Origin: Ignicoccus islandicus DSM 13165
Lineage (GTDB): Archaea; Thermoproteota; Thermoprotei_A; Sulfolobales; Ignicoccaceae
Length of the DNA: 32,000 nucleotides
Direction of reading: 5' to 3'
Assembly (NCBI RefSeq): GCF_001481685.1
Contig: NZ_CP006867.1
Location: forward strand, 1,260,001-1,292,000
Shown: in pieces, positions 1-9,303 of the stretch
How the letters are laid out: each line of letters begins with the position of its first letter
Position numbering within the stretch: the stretch's first letter is position 1
Translations under genes and position numbers: made by a program
The notes under the pieces: model-generated
What the model was told of the DNA's origin: nothing
Databases searched by the model: none
What the model saw: only the letters and a program-made list of their open reading frames with translations

Positions 1-1131
1 AGCGAGTGGTTGTTCGAGGCAGTCCAGCAATACTACAAAATAAAGGAGAAATGGGGAGAGTTCAAGCCGGACGTGACGAAAGACTACAAGTACGGTAAGC
101 TTTCTTCAAAGGTAGAGGTACTAGCCAACCCTCCAAAGAACGGTTTCGGTAGATTGACTGAAGTTCCACTAAGAACTTATTGGATCGTCGAATCTAGGAA
201 GGCTGACGTAAAGAAGTTAGGTAACAACATTACATTAATATATAATAAGGAAAGAGTTGCATTAGCTGCCGAAACCCACGGTGAGTACGAGGACTACACG
301 TATGGGTTCTCATATACACTAGATCCTGTATGGGAAGATTACGAGGTGTCGGCTGCAGTAGCCTTCGGTCTTGCCGCATTAAGGGTAAAGGATAACATTG
401 ACGTGACCGAGTTTGCATATGCAATAAGTAGTAGATATGGATACAAGGAGCTAATCGTATGGGAACGTGAGGCCTCGGGTATACTGCAGAAGCTAGGCAT
501 GGAGAGAGTGAAAACAGCACTAGAAGAAGTTAGAATAGATAAGCTCTTGGAAACTTTAGCACTGATGATAGACTCTGAGTCAGTAGAGCTTAGCTTAAAG
601 AAAGCAACGAACTACGCGGACTTAAAAAAGAAATTACTCAATGTATTCGAATCAATTAACGCAGAACCGAGCGATATGCTGATCGAAATGCTAAAAACGC
701 CATGCAGGGAGGGAAGCGCTACCGCTTTCATCTACGACGACTCTACCTCTACCATCTATATTTCGGATAACGGTGAGTTTAAATCTATAAAGGTAGAAAA
801 ACCCAAAGATTTAGCTCCATTAGCGGATATATTTCGTCGGAGCAAAGTTGTAGTGACTTTCATGCCCCCTAGAAAGCTCGAACGATTAGTTAGAACTTAT
901 CCATTGCTTTACAAGGCATACCTAGAGGGTACTACTAAGAACAGTATTTTGAATATGTACAACATCTTAAAGAATAGGCTTAGGGTAAAGTGGTTAGATT
1001 TAAACAAGGTTGCAGAGAAATTGGGGATGGAACTAAGTACTCCGAGAGACGCATTAGCTTTAATAGAGGAACTTTACTTCAAGTGGCAAGGCTACCTTGA
1101 CGAAACCGCTAAAAGCGAAAGTAAAAACTAA
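1..1131 (+). CDS. C-terminal part of a larger protein of unknown function (5' end outside the window)
   Basis: Track ORF 10..1131. Codons 1-9 are in frame and stop-free, so the TTG at 10 is probably internal. Balanced globular composition; no motif I can recognise. Confidence 0.55.
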   Translation, partial: SEWLFEAVQQYYKIKEKWGEFKPDVTKDYKYGKLSSKVEVLANPPKNGFGRLTEVPLRTYWIVESRKADVKKLGNNITLIYNKERVALAAETHGEYEDYTYGFSYTLDPVWEDYEVSAAVAFGLAALRVKDNIDVTEFAYAISSRYGYKELIVWEREASGILQKLGMERVKTALEEVRIDKLLETLALMIDSESVELSLKKATNYADLKKKLLNVFESINAEPSDMLIEMLKTPCREGSATAFIYDDSTSTIYISDNGEFKSIKVEKPKDLAPLADIFRRSKVVVTFMPPRKLERLVRTYPLLYKAYLEGTTKNSILNMYNILKNRLRVKWLDLNKVAEKLGMELSTPRDALALIEELYFKWQGYLDETAKSESKN

Positions 1132-1185
1132 GTACTGAACTTTAGTATCCACGCAGACTCAGAGATTTCAAGGGCCGGTATTGCT

Positions 1186-1893
1186 GTGTTACCGAAGTTC
1201 ATTGTGGACGAAGTCGCAAAGAGAATAGCTGGTGAAATAGCTCTCTCTGAGAGGCCAGGGGATGCTCTGAAAAAGTGGAGGGAGATCTTCGGGGTAACGC
1301 AAACGGAAGTATCGAGAGCTATGGGCGTTACTTCTAGTGTAATTAGCGACTACGAGAAAGGAAAGCGGAGTCCGGGAAGTAACTTCATCAGAAGATACGT
1401 AAACGCCCTTATTGAAATCGACAGAAATAGGGGATGGGTAGTCGTTAGTTCACTGGCCCAAAAGTTCTTAGGTATAAGTACTCGAACGATTGATTTGTGG
1501 GATTACAAGAAGGCCGTAAAAGTTGCAGATATAGTAACATCGGTCAAAGGTCACATAGTGACTTCTCACATAGATCCGGAGGAAATCGTATACGGATACA
1601 TGGTAATAGATAGTTTAAGAACAATTGAAGAGATGGATAGCAAAGACTTCATGGTACTCATGGGCATGAGTTATAGGCGTGTTGTCGTATTCACCAGAGT
1701 TGAGAGCGGGCGATCGCCAATGGTTGCAATAAGGGTTTCCCAACTAAAGCCTAGCCTCGTAGTGCTTCACAGACCTACTCGGTTAGATAGACTTGGAGTT
1801 AGAATTGCTGAAAAGGAGGGCATTACTCTAATTGTGTCCCTACATCCTACAGTAAGTACGCTCATAGAATCTTTAAGGAGATTGGATGCCTAA
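1186..1893 (+). CDS. XRE-type helix-turn-helix transcriptional regulator with an uncharacterised C-terminal domain
   Basis: GTG start. HTH_3-like segment FGVTQTEVSRAMGVTSSVISDYEKGKRSP near the N-terminus, followed by about 150 aa of unknown domain. Confidence 0.7.
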   Translation: MLPKFIVDEVAKRIAGEIALSERPGDALKKWREIFGVTQTEVSRAMGVTSSVISDYEKGKRSPGSNFIRRYVNALIEIDRNRGWVVVSSLAQKFLGISTRTIDLWDYKKAVKVADIVTSVKGHIVTSHIDPEEIVYGYMVIDSLRTIEEMDSKDFMVLMGMSYRRVVVFTRVESGRSPMVAIRVSQLKPSLVVLHRPTRLDRLGVRIAEKEGITLIVSLHPTVSTLIESLRRLDA

Positions 1894-2261
1894 CAACCTG
1901 ATTCTTGAAGCTTCAGTATAGCTTCTGCTATGTCGCCTTTCGTTTCCTCCAAGGCTTTCCGGGCAACTTCTTCACTGCAACCGGTTTCCTCTGCAACGAT
2001 TTTCACGTCTTCGTCGCTTATCTCAATGACGCTCGCTCCTTCCCTTTCTATTTTCTCAACTCTAACGTCTTGAGCAATTACCTGATAGGCCTTGGCAGAA
2101 CCCGGAACCTCTATTTCTATTACCTTTGGCTGTTCTATTACTATTCGCTCCTCTTCAGTTTCTATTATAACCCTCTTGGCGTCCGCTATTTCATACATCT
2201 TTATACCGGCTTTCTTCAGCATCTTTTCCAAAGATTTTCCTCCTAATCCGAACGGTAACAA
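1890..2261 (-). CDS. nac: Nascent polypeptide-associated complex protein (archaeal NAC, NAC domain plus UBA-like tail)
   Basis: N-terminus MLPFGLGG..KMLKKAGIKMYEI is typical of archaeal NAC. C-terminal UBA-like SEEVARKALEETKGDIAEAILKL. TATA-like ATATTAAAT about 35-40 nt upstream on the minus strand. Confidence 0.85.
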   Translation of the reverse strand: MLPFGLGGKSLEKMLKKAGIKMYEIADAKRVIIETEEERIVIEQPKVIEIEVPGSAKAYQVIAQDVRVEKIEREGASVIEISDEDVKIVAEETGCSEEVARKALEETKGDIAEAILKLQESGC

Positions 2262-2393
2262 AGTCTTACCCGTCCTACCCCAGCACTTGGCGATTTAATA
2301 TCTGAACACGTTTGACCTAATTATTTTACTACCTAACCTTTCACTATACGACGGTAAGAAGAATCATGTTAGAATGAGGTGAAGGTGGGGTAA

Positions 2394-3683
2394 ATGAGTT
2401 CAGTAGAGATAACGTTTTTGGGTGGCGCAAGGGAAGTCGGTAGAGCCGCTTACGTGGTAAAGGATAGCAAAGCAACGTTGCTTATGGATTACGGAGTAAG
2501 CTTCGACGAGGAAGATCGTCCGGTCCTTCCGGGCCACGTATCGCCTAAGGATTTGAACGCTATTTTACTCAGCCACGCTCATTTAGATCACAGCGGCGCT
2601 TTACCGCTCCTCTACAGCAGTATAAGAATACCGATTTACATGACTAGAACTACGAGGGATCTAACCGGAATACTTATAAACGATTTCTTGAAGCTCTCAG
2701 GATATTACGTCCCTTACGGGCACACCGAAGTAAAAGAGATGATGTCCTCGGTAAGACTAGTGAAATATAGAAAGGAGTTTCAAATTCCGGAGGCAAGTGG
2801 TGCAACCGTAACTTTCTACGATGCCGGTCACATTCCCGGAAGCGCAATGATAAAAGTGGAAATGCCAGATGGAGCAAAGGTCCTCTATACTGGCGATGTA
2901 AAGGTTCACCCAACGAAGCTGCTCAGTGGCGCTGACTTGAACGGTCTAGAAGCAGACGTTCTCATTATCGAAGGAACGTACGGGAAGAGCATACACCCGA
3001 GAAGAGAAGACGTAGAGGCCCTCCTCGTTGGTGACGTAGAGGAAGTTGCTGCCCAAGGAGGTACAATATTGATACCAGCCTTCAGCGTAGGTAGAAGCCA
3101 AGAAGTACTGTGCATATTACATGAGAGGGGTATTGATATTCCAATATATCTAGATGGAATGGTAAGAGGTGTCACAGAACTCCTTATACAGTCGCAAAAC
3201 AAAAACTCTCTAAGGAACCCAGATCTTCTGGAGAAAGCGTTCGAGGAAGCGTATGTAGTAAGAGGATGGAAGGATAGGAAGCAGATATGGAAAAGGCCGT
3301 CTGTTATAATAGCGTCTGCTGGGATGTTAAGAGGCGGACCTTCTCTTTATTATGCCCGTCATCTTCAGAACGAAGCCAGAGCCGCCACATTCCTAGTTTC
3401 ATTCCAAGCTCCGGGGACTCCCGGACGGAGATTACTAGAAGAAGGTAGATTGGAACCCGACTCCGGGGAGTTCAAACCACGCTTAGAATGGTTCGACTTA
3501 TCTAGCCATGCTGGTCTCGATGAGTTACTGAAAATTGTTGGATCTATAAAGAACTTAAAGAAGGTAATAATCGTACACTCAGAAGAGAGTACGGCTCAAT
3601 ACTTCGCCGAAAGAATAAAGGAATCATATGACCTAGATGTAATTATACCGAACCCTAACGAAACCATCAAAATTGATATATGA
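2394..3683 (+). CDS. Metallo-beta-lactamase / beta-CASP RNA-processing nuclease (aCPSF2-like, no KH domains)
   Basis: HxHxDH motif SHAHLDHSGALP and beta-CASP motif C DLSSHAGLDEL. About 430 aa. SD-like GAGGTGAAGGTGGGG directly upstream of the ATG. Confidence 0.8.
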   Translation: MSSVEITFLGGAREVGRAAYVVKDSKATLLMDYGVSFDEEDRPVLPGHVSPKDLNAILLSHAHLDHSGALPLLYSSIRIPIYMTRTTRDLTGILINDFLKLSGYYVPYGHTEVKEMMSSVRLVKYRKEFQIPEASGATVTFYDAGHIPGSAMIKVEMPDGAKVLYTGDVKVHPTKLLSGADLNGLEADVLIIEGTYGKSIHPRREDVEALLVGDVEEVAAQGGTILIPAFSVGRSQEVLCILHERGIDIPIYLDGMVRGVTELLIQSQNKNSLRNPDLLEKAFEEAYVVRGWKDRKQIWKRPSVIIASAGMLRGGPSLYYARHLQNEARAATFLVSFQAPGTPGRRLLEEGRLEPDSGEFKPRLEWFDLSSHAGLDELLKIVGSIKNLKKVIIVHSEESTAQYFAERIKESYDLDVIIPNPNETIKIDI

Positions 3684-3684
3684 C

Positions 3685-3912
3685 TTACTCGAAAATAGTT
3701 ATTGCCTCACAACCGCTTTTTTCCTTTATTTCGTTCAGTACTTTATCTAATTCGTTGGTAGGTACAATTATTACGTACATCTTACGGGCTGTCTTCACCT
3801 TAACTTTGCTTTTTTCGGCACCTTTCGTTACCTTACATTCGACTATATTCTTGTTAGGTTTCGATAAAACTCTTTCATTTAATTCTTCTATGGATTGAAG
3901 AAGTACTGGCAT
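3685..3912 (-). CDS. rpl38e: Probable ribosomal protein L38e (eL38)
   Basis: 75 aa. MP..I.EL start and a central KVKVKTARKMYVIIV block, resembling the eukaryotic L38 KFKVR..RYLYTLV pattern recalled from memory. Lies 40 nt downstream of the AMMECR1 gene on the same strand. Confidence 0.5.
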   Translation of the reverse strand: MPVLLQSIEELNERVLSKPNKNIVECKVTKGAEKSKVKVKTARKMYVIIVPTNELDKVLNEIKEKSGCEAITIFE

Positions 3913-3951
3913 CCTTTACTCCACCCTCATCTGGAGTCTATAACGACTTAT

Positions 3952-4593
3952 TTAACGATTGAGACACCTTTCTATATATTCTCTCTTAAGGTCTCTCTCT
4001 ACGACCTCTCCCCGAGGACTCAGCTCGGTCCACGTCCTTCCTCTGAAGAGCGTTGCTTGCGTTCCTTCATCGAGCCAACAATCTGGTGGTAAACCGGCCT
4101 TAATGCAAGTCTCGGCGATGAACGTCTCTTCGTCCCAACAATATTCCACTGGTACCTCTGGTAAGAGTACGCCGCTGAACGGTCCTCTTCTTATTATTAT
4201 TCCCGTTTCACCTATCTTTATTTTCTTTAAGGCTTCACGAGCACTGTACGTTTCGTGATCTCCCAAGACGCTTACCTCAACGACTAAATGGTCCATCTCA
4301 TCCAGCGATACTGGGTAGAATCTTGGGTCGCTAGTAGCCGCCGCTATTGCTACGTCTACTACAGTCTCAGCTAGCGGCTTTATGGGTTCTACGTAACCTA
4401 TACATCCTCTTAACTCTCTATGGGGATAAGTAAGTAAAGTTACGAATGCCGCGCCTTCTTCCAGTAATCTAGGAGGTACGTCTTCGGGCATTATTCTCCT
4501 TCCGGTCCTTAGGTACTCCTCAATAGCTCTCCTAGCTAACTTGACCAGATATTTACCATCTTCTAAAGTAAGTGAATCTAGAGATATTACCAT
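3952..4593 (-). CDS. AMMECR1 domain protein
   Basis: Hallmark LRGCIGY motif (RELRGCIGYVEP); about 210 aa, typical of archaeal AMMECR1 homologues. Confidence 0.85.
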   Translation of the reverse strand: MVISLDSLTLEDGKYLVKLARRAIEEYLRTGRRIMPEDVPPRLLEEGAAFVTLLTYPHRELRGCIGYVEPIKPLAETVVDVAIAAATSDPRFYPVSLDEMDHLVVEVSVLGDHETYSAREALKKIKIGETGIIIRRGPFSGVLLPEVPVEYCWDEETFIAETCIKAGLPPDCWLDEGTQATLFRGRTWTELSPRGEVVERDLKREYIERCLNR

Positions 4594-4705
4594 ACTACTG
4601 CTCCGAAGCGTAGAAGTCGTTTCGAGCTTAGTAAGCTTACGACTTGTAGAACGCTTACAATACTTTACTTCAACTTAACAAAGGCCTTTCCGAGGGTAGA
4701 CTTGA

Positions 4706-5329
4706 ATGAAAATCGCTCCGGGATCACTAGTATTAGATGGAAGTTTGTTCGAGGAACTTAAACATAGATTCTACCGCGTAGTCGCTAATAGGAGTGCCTT
4801 CATATTGGATGAACCGTTTATTGCAAAGGTCGTTTGTTACGGTGAAAAGTTATTCGTAAGCTTTCGCCAAGGGAGCTTAATAGTGAATACTGAAGACGAC
4901 GAGGTAGTAGATGAATTATTGGATCTTGGAGCTTGTATAGTAATGGAATACGCCTGGGCTAATCTACGAGAATTAAATTGGGTTCTAAGGGAAGTGCCTA
5001 ACTGGTTGGTAGAAGACGCGAAAAAGGCAGGATTTTCCATAAATAATAGAACAGGCTTAGGAACATTGAAAAGCTTCAACGAGACTGACTGTGAAGGCGA
5101 GTTACGCCTAGTTAAACCGTGGCACCCAACGGTAATAGGAATGGAAAACGGTGACGTTTGTTTTACTAAGTGTAAAACTAATCAGCCGGAACATGGTGAC
5201 GTAATCGCTAGTTGCAATGGCTTTCCTGCTTTAGAAATAATAGGAGAAAACGAAGCGTTCGTGACCCCGCTGAGCGAACCATGGAAAGCGTTACCCATAG
5301 TTGCATATGTAGGTTCAAGACCCACGTAA
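4706..5329 (+). CDS. Hypothetical protein
   Basis: 207-aa ORF with ATG start and globular composition, with several Cys in the C-terminal half (CEGE, CFTKC, SCNG). No recognisable family. Confidence 0.5.
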   Translation: MKIAPGSLVLDGSLFEELKHRFYRVVANRSAFILDEPFIAKVVCYGEKLFVSFRQGSLIVNTEDDEVVDELLDLGACIVMEYAWANLRELNWVLREVPNWLVEDAKKAGFSINNRTGLGTLKSFNETDCEGELRLVKPWHPTVIGMENGDVCFTKCKTNQPEHGDVIASCNGFPALEIIGENEAFVTPLSEPWKALPIVAYVGSRPT

Positions 5330-5380
5330 TGGGGATGAGAAATGCACGTCAGGCTGAGCTCGCGTGATGATGATTGGCCT

Positions 5381-6277
5381 TTATGACCCACTTAATTCGA
5401 TAATACCTCTCTTTAGGAACTCTCCGGCTCGGAGACCTATTTCAGGTCCGCTTCCGATTAATTCTACATCCAAACGGGTCTTTATCTTCAAATCGAAGGC
5501 AACCGCCTTTAGCATTATCCCATTATCATTAACAAAAGATATTGCTCCCAGGGGAATATGACATCCACCACCAAAGGAAAGTAGAACGTTTCTTTCAGTT
5601 CTAGCCATTAGCTCGGAGCGATTGTCGCTCACCTTCCTTAACATCTCGTATAGTTCTGAGTCCTTGCGTGTAACGGCCACTACTATCCCTTGAGCAGGAG
5701 ATGGAGTGAACGTTTTCCAATCCAAACGCTGGTATTCGACGTCAATTCCTAACCTGCGTAAACCTGCCTCAGCGAGAATTATGGCGTCGTATTCCCCTTC
5801 TCTTAACTTTCTTAGCCGGGTATCTACGTTACCTCTAAGGTCGCGTACTTCTAGATCGGGGCGTAAGTTCTTTATTAGGGCTTTCCTCCTTGCAGAGGAA
5901 GTTCCTACGACCGCTCCACTTGGAAGTTCTTCCAGTCTCTCACCATTTCTACTAATTAAGACGTCATAGGGAGGGTCGCGAGGTAAGTATAAAGCTATTA
6001 CTAATTCGTCACTCAATTTAGTACTTAAGTCCTTTAGCGAATGAACCGCCACGTCAGCCTTTCCATCTATTACGGCCTTATTCACTTCCTTTTCGAAGAG
6101 CCCAACGTGACCTTTCTTAGCTAGTTCTTCAAAAGGCAACTGAAACTTGTCTCCCGTAGTTTTTACTTTAATCACTTCGAACTCGATTCCATCGTAATGT
6201 TTCGTTAAATATTCTTGGAACGTTTCGACTTGTTTTAAGCTAAGCTTACTTCCTCGAGCGGCAATGCGTACTCTCAA
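5381..6277 (-). CDS. hemC: Porphobilinogen deaminase (hydroxymethylbilane synthase)
   Basis: N-terminal RIAARGSKLSLKQ and cofactor-cysteine context GGGCHIPLGA. Overlaps hemL by 4 nt. Confidence 0.9.
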   Translation of the reverse strand: MRVRIAARGSKLSLKQVETFQEYLTKHYDGIEFEVIKVKTTGDKFQLPFEELAKKGHVGLFEKEVNKAVIDGKADVAVHSLKDLSTKLSDELVIALYLPRDPPYDVLISRNGERLEELPSGAVVGTSSARRKALIKNLRPDLEVRDLRGNVDTRLRKLREGEYDAIILAEAGLRRLGIDVEYQRLDWKTFTPSPAQGIVVAVTRKDSELYEMLRKVSDNRSELMARTERNVLLSFGGGCHIPLGAISFVNDNGIMLKAVAFDLKIKTRLDVELIGSGPEIGLRAGEFLKRGIIELSGS

Positions 6278-7545
6278 GCTTGAAGCACCTTAGCTACTTC
6301 CGATATCACATCGATCGTTCTCTCAACTATATCACTAGCATGCGCTGCCGAAGTGAACCAAGCTTCGAACATGCTTGGTGCAATGAAGACGCCCCTCTTA
6401 AGGAGTTCCGTATGCAATCTTTCAATTAACGCTCTATCAGCTTTTTGAGCGTCACTATAGTTTTCAACTTTCTCAACCTTAGGGAACCACTGGAACATGC
6501 TAGCTATATGATTAACAACGCCTCCAAACTTACTTACGAGTTCTTGTTCTATAGCCTTTACCACAGCGTGCGCCGCTGAGTTAGCGGTTTCGTAAACGTA
6601 ATCGCGCTCTAGTTCGGAAATCGTTGCTAATCCCGCAATCATTGTTACGGGATGGGCATTGAAAGTACCAGCATTAAACACCGGGCCAGAAGGCGCCAAG
6701 TATTCCATTATCTCTTTCTTACCTCCAACAGCACCAACGGGGAATCCTCCACCTATTATCTTTCCGAGGGTCGTAATGTCAGGTATGACGTTATATCTAG
6801 CTTGGGCCCCTCCAAGACCTAGCCTATAGCCGGTAATTACTTCATCGAAAATAAGTAAAGCGCCGACGTCATCTGCTATTCTCCTCAACTCCTTTAGGAA
6901 ATTATCTTTTGGGAGAATTACACCTGCATTACCCATTACTGGCTCCACTATAATAGCTGCTAGATCGTCTTGATTCTCTTTAGCTACCTTTTCTGTTGTT
7001 TCTACGTCGTTAAACGGAACGACTAGAGTGAGTCTACTTAGCTCCTCGGGTATACCGGCTGAGCCGGGAACACCGTAATGCGAAACCGCACTTCCGGCCT
7101 TTACTAGGAGACTGTCGTTAGAGCCGTGATAGCATCCATCGAACTTGATTATTTTCTTCCTCTTGGTGTACCCGCGTGCGAGACGTATCGCAGTAACTGT
7201 TGCTTCAGTTCCCGAATTGACGAACCTTACCATGTCTATTGAAGGGAAATGAGAAATTATTTTTTCGGCAAGCTTTATCTCAGCTTCGTAAGGAGTGCCG
7301 TATAACCATCCAAGCTCCAATTGTTCCTCTACTGCTTCCTTAACGCGTGGGTGTTGGTGACCTAGGATTAAAGGCCCGTACGCTAGTACGTAGTCAATCA
7401 ATTCGTCTCCATCTACAGTAGTGAGGATAGCTCCTTCAGCCTTCTTAACATAGAAGGGATACGGCTTTACAGCTGCCCTTATGGGGCTATTAACGCCACC
7501 TGGAAATAGTTCCTTTGCTTTTTCGAATAACTCCTTAGAATTCAT
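6274..7545 (-). CDS. hemL: Glutamate-1-semialdehyde 2,1-aminomutase
   Basis: Class-III aminotransferase motifs FDEVITGYRLG and PLP-lysine context TLGKIIGGGFPVGA. Forms an operon with hemC. Confidence 0.93.
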   Translation of the reverse strand: MNSKELFEKAKELFPGGVNSPIRAAVKPYPFYVKKAEGAILTTVDGDELIDYVLAYGPLILGHQHPRVKEAVEEQLELGWLYGTPYEAEIKLAEKIISHFPSIDMVRFVNSGTEATVTAIRLARGYTKRKKIIKFDGCYHGSNDSLLVKAGSAVSHYGVPGSAGIPEELSRLTLVVPFNDVETTEKVAKENQDDLAAIIVEPVMGNAGVILPKDNFLKELRRIADDVGALLIFDEVITGYRLGLGGAQARYNVIPDITTLGKIIGGGFPVGAVGGKKEIMEYLAPSGPVFNAGTFNAHPVTMIAGLATISELERDYVYETANSAAHAVVKAIEQELVSKFGGVVNHIASMFQWFPKVEKVENYSDAQKADRALIERLHTELLKRGVFIAPSMFEAWFTSAAHASDIVERTIDVISEVAKVLQA

Positions 7546-7673
7546 ACCTAAACGTCCCTATGAATCGTGCGGAGGTACGATATATCTACTTTGAGTGAAG
7601 TCTCTACTTGTTTCTCCAGAAATGCGATTGATATATTAACACCGGGATTGGTGTAGGTAAGGGGATCAATACT

Positions 7674-7862
7674 ATGCTATCAGTGGACATGCCTATAGCA
7701 GCCGCAGTATTGGCATTCTTGCTGACGCTCTGGCTCATCTATTTCTCTCCCGTCTCATGGATTGTGAAATCGACGATGGATATACTCTCCGATCCCATTG
7801 TCTCGCTTGTGTCCTCGGTGGTTGCAATAGCTGCTGCGATGTATGTTCTTCAAATGATATAA
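7674..7862 (+). CDS. Small predicted two-TM membrane protein (62 aa), antisense to the recombinase tail
   Basis: Two clean hydrophobic helices (PIAAAVLAFLLTLWLIYF and IVSLVSSVVAIAAAMYVL). TATA-like GATATATTAA about 35 nt upstream. Confidence 0.4.
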   Translation: MLSVDMPIAAAVLAFLLTLWLIYFSPVSWIVKSTMDILSDPIVSLVSSVVAIAAAMYVLQMI

Positions 7863-8910
7863 ATTGGGGTGAATCGTCATGATTAGCTTGGATCCCGTAA
7901 CTATATTCGTGTTCCTCGTGGTATACGTCGTAACCTATGCTATCACTAAGAGGCTCTTGCAAGACTTCGTTATACCATTGCTGATGGCCCTTGGCGTCGC
8001 CTACTACGCCTACTACGCCGTAGCCGCCATACTGGGTACGTGAGAAAGCTCTGTGATACTGCTCACTAACGTCATCGAGAAGTAGGTGTAAGTAAATTTG
8101 AGTTGTTTTTATATCGCTGTGACCAAGTAACTTTTGAAGGGCTGGTAGACTCATTCCCCTCCTTAACGCCTCGGTTGCAAAGGTGTGTCGAAGAACGTGA
8201 GGATGTACTCTTTCAGGAGAGAGCCCGGCCTTTCGTGCCAACTTCTTTAGTCTCTTATAAAGCCCTTGATAACTAAGCGGTATTAGTTTCCTTGTTTTAG
8301 AAATAAGCGGCCACGCTTGACGCAATGCCTCTTCAGTAAGAGGTCCGAATAAGACTATTCTTTCTTTTCCATACTTACCTCTCACCCTTATAGCTCTTCT
8401 CCTGAAATCGATGTCTCTAATTTCGATATTAAGAGCTTCCGAAGCTCTTAGACCTGTCTCTAGGAGTAGGGATACTATCAATCTATCTATAGGATCTACT
8501 GCCACCGATATGAGTGCATTAACTTCCTCAGGGGTTAAGGCATCAACTACATCACGTCTCGGCTTAGGAACTACGGGTAATCCATCTAGACCTATCCACT
8601 TAAGGAAGTTCCGCACAAAAAGGCTGTAGTAATGGAGTGTGGTTTGGAGCGCTTTTTTGTCGTTCTTATATTTTTTCGAAAATCCTGTCCTCATTCGGTA
8701 CTTTATCCAGTTTAAGTAATCGGTATAGCCTATCTCCTTAAGCGGTTTGTCTCCAAGATATCTAGCGAAATCCATTATCGCGACCCGGTAGCTCTTTATG
8801 GTCTTCGGATTAGCTCCGGAAGCCTCCATAAAATCGAGAAATACTTGCATGGCTTCACTAATTCTCCATTCCAAATTTGGTTTCATTGGTGGATACTTCA
8901 ATCTCCCCAT
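7735..8910 (-). CDS. Tyrosine recombinase / integrase (XerA-like) with an anomalous C-terminal extension of about 100 aa
   Basis: N-terminal SAM-like domain. Catalytic signature ETGLRASE, HVLRHTFAT and LLGHSDIKTTQIYLH (catalytic Tyr). Homology ends near residue 290 but the ORF is 391 aa. Confidence 0.85.
   Translation of the reverse strand: MGRLKYPPMKPNLEWRISEAMQVFLDFMEASGANPKTIKSYRVAIMDFARYLGDKPLKEIGYTDYLNWIKYRMRTGFSKKYKNDKKALQTTLHYYSLFVRNFLKWIGLDGLPVVPKPRRDVVDALTPEEVNALISVAVDPIDRLIVSLLLETGLRASEALNIEIRDIDFRRRAIRVRGKYGKERIVLFGPLTEEALRQAWPLISKTRKLIPLSYQGLYKRLKKLARKAGLSPERVHPHVLRHTFATEALRRGMSLPALQKLLGHSDIKTTQIYLHLLLDDVSEQYHRAFSRTQYGGYGVVGVVGDAKGHQQWYNEVLQEPLSDSIGYDVYHEEHEYSYGIQANHDDSPQFISFEEHTSQQLLQPPRTQARQWDRRVYPSSISQSMRRERNR
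7879..8043 (+). CDS. Small predicted two-TM membrane protein (54 aa, below the track cutoff)
   Basis: Hand translation: MISLDPVTIFVFLVVYVVTYAITKRLLQDFVIPLLMALGVAYYAYYAVAAILGT. SD-like GGGGTGA 6 nt before the ATG. Its stop (TGA 8041-8043) coincides with the end of recombinase homology on the other strand. Confidence 0.35.
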   Translation: MISLDPVTIFVFLVVYVVTYAITKRLLQDFVIPLLMALGVAYYAYYAVAAILGT

Positions 8911-8973
8911 CGCAATTATTAGACCTCTAAATGTTTTCGATGAGGCGGTTCCATACTACTGGGGTATTCCAAA

Positions 8974-9303
8974 ATGATATCAGTTGTTAACTTAAACAGA
9001 GCCCTACTGTTATCATTAATATATTTCTTACTAGCCATTTCAGACTATTATACAACTAGGGCCGTTCTAGAATCTCAAAAAGGTCACGAAGCTAATCCTA
9101 TTATGAATATAGTAATAGAAAACTATGGATTCAATACAGTCTTATTATTGCAGATTTTTTCATGGTTACTGTTTACAGTAGTCTTTATAATATACTATGA
9201 ACAGATCCCTATGGAAGTATTCTTTATATTGCTCTTGATGAAGGCACTTGTGGTAGCAAATAACTCAATCAACACATGGGTGATCGCTGGAAATGGAAAT
9301 TAA
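8974..9303 (+). CDS. Small multi-TM membrane protein, DUF5658-like
   Basis: Three hydrophobic segments and an HEANPIMN (E-x-NP) motif after the first helix, as I recall for DUF5658. Its stop overlaps the start of the ABC ATPase (ATGGAAATTAA). Confidence 0.5.
   Translation: MISVVNLNRALLLSLIYFLLAISDYYTTRAVLESQKGHEANPIMNIVIENYGFNTVLLLQIFSWLLFTVVFIIYYEQIPMEVFFILLLMKALVVANNSINTWVIAGNGN

Noticed and set aside
1905-2298. Two plus-strand ORFs (113 aa and 68 aa) overlapping the NAC gene
   Set aside because: They are F/L/Y/S-rich antisense shadows of a well-supported NAC CDS.
5334-5370. GATGAGA, CTGA and GTGATGA motifs in the spacer between the 4706 gene and hemC
   Set aside because: No downstream D box follows the GTGATGA, and the C-to-D distance of the first pair is only about 13 nt. 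It does not form a complete C/D sRNA.
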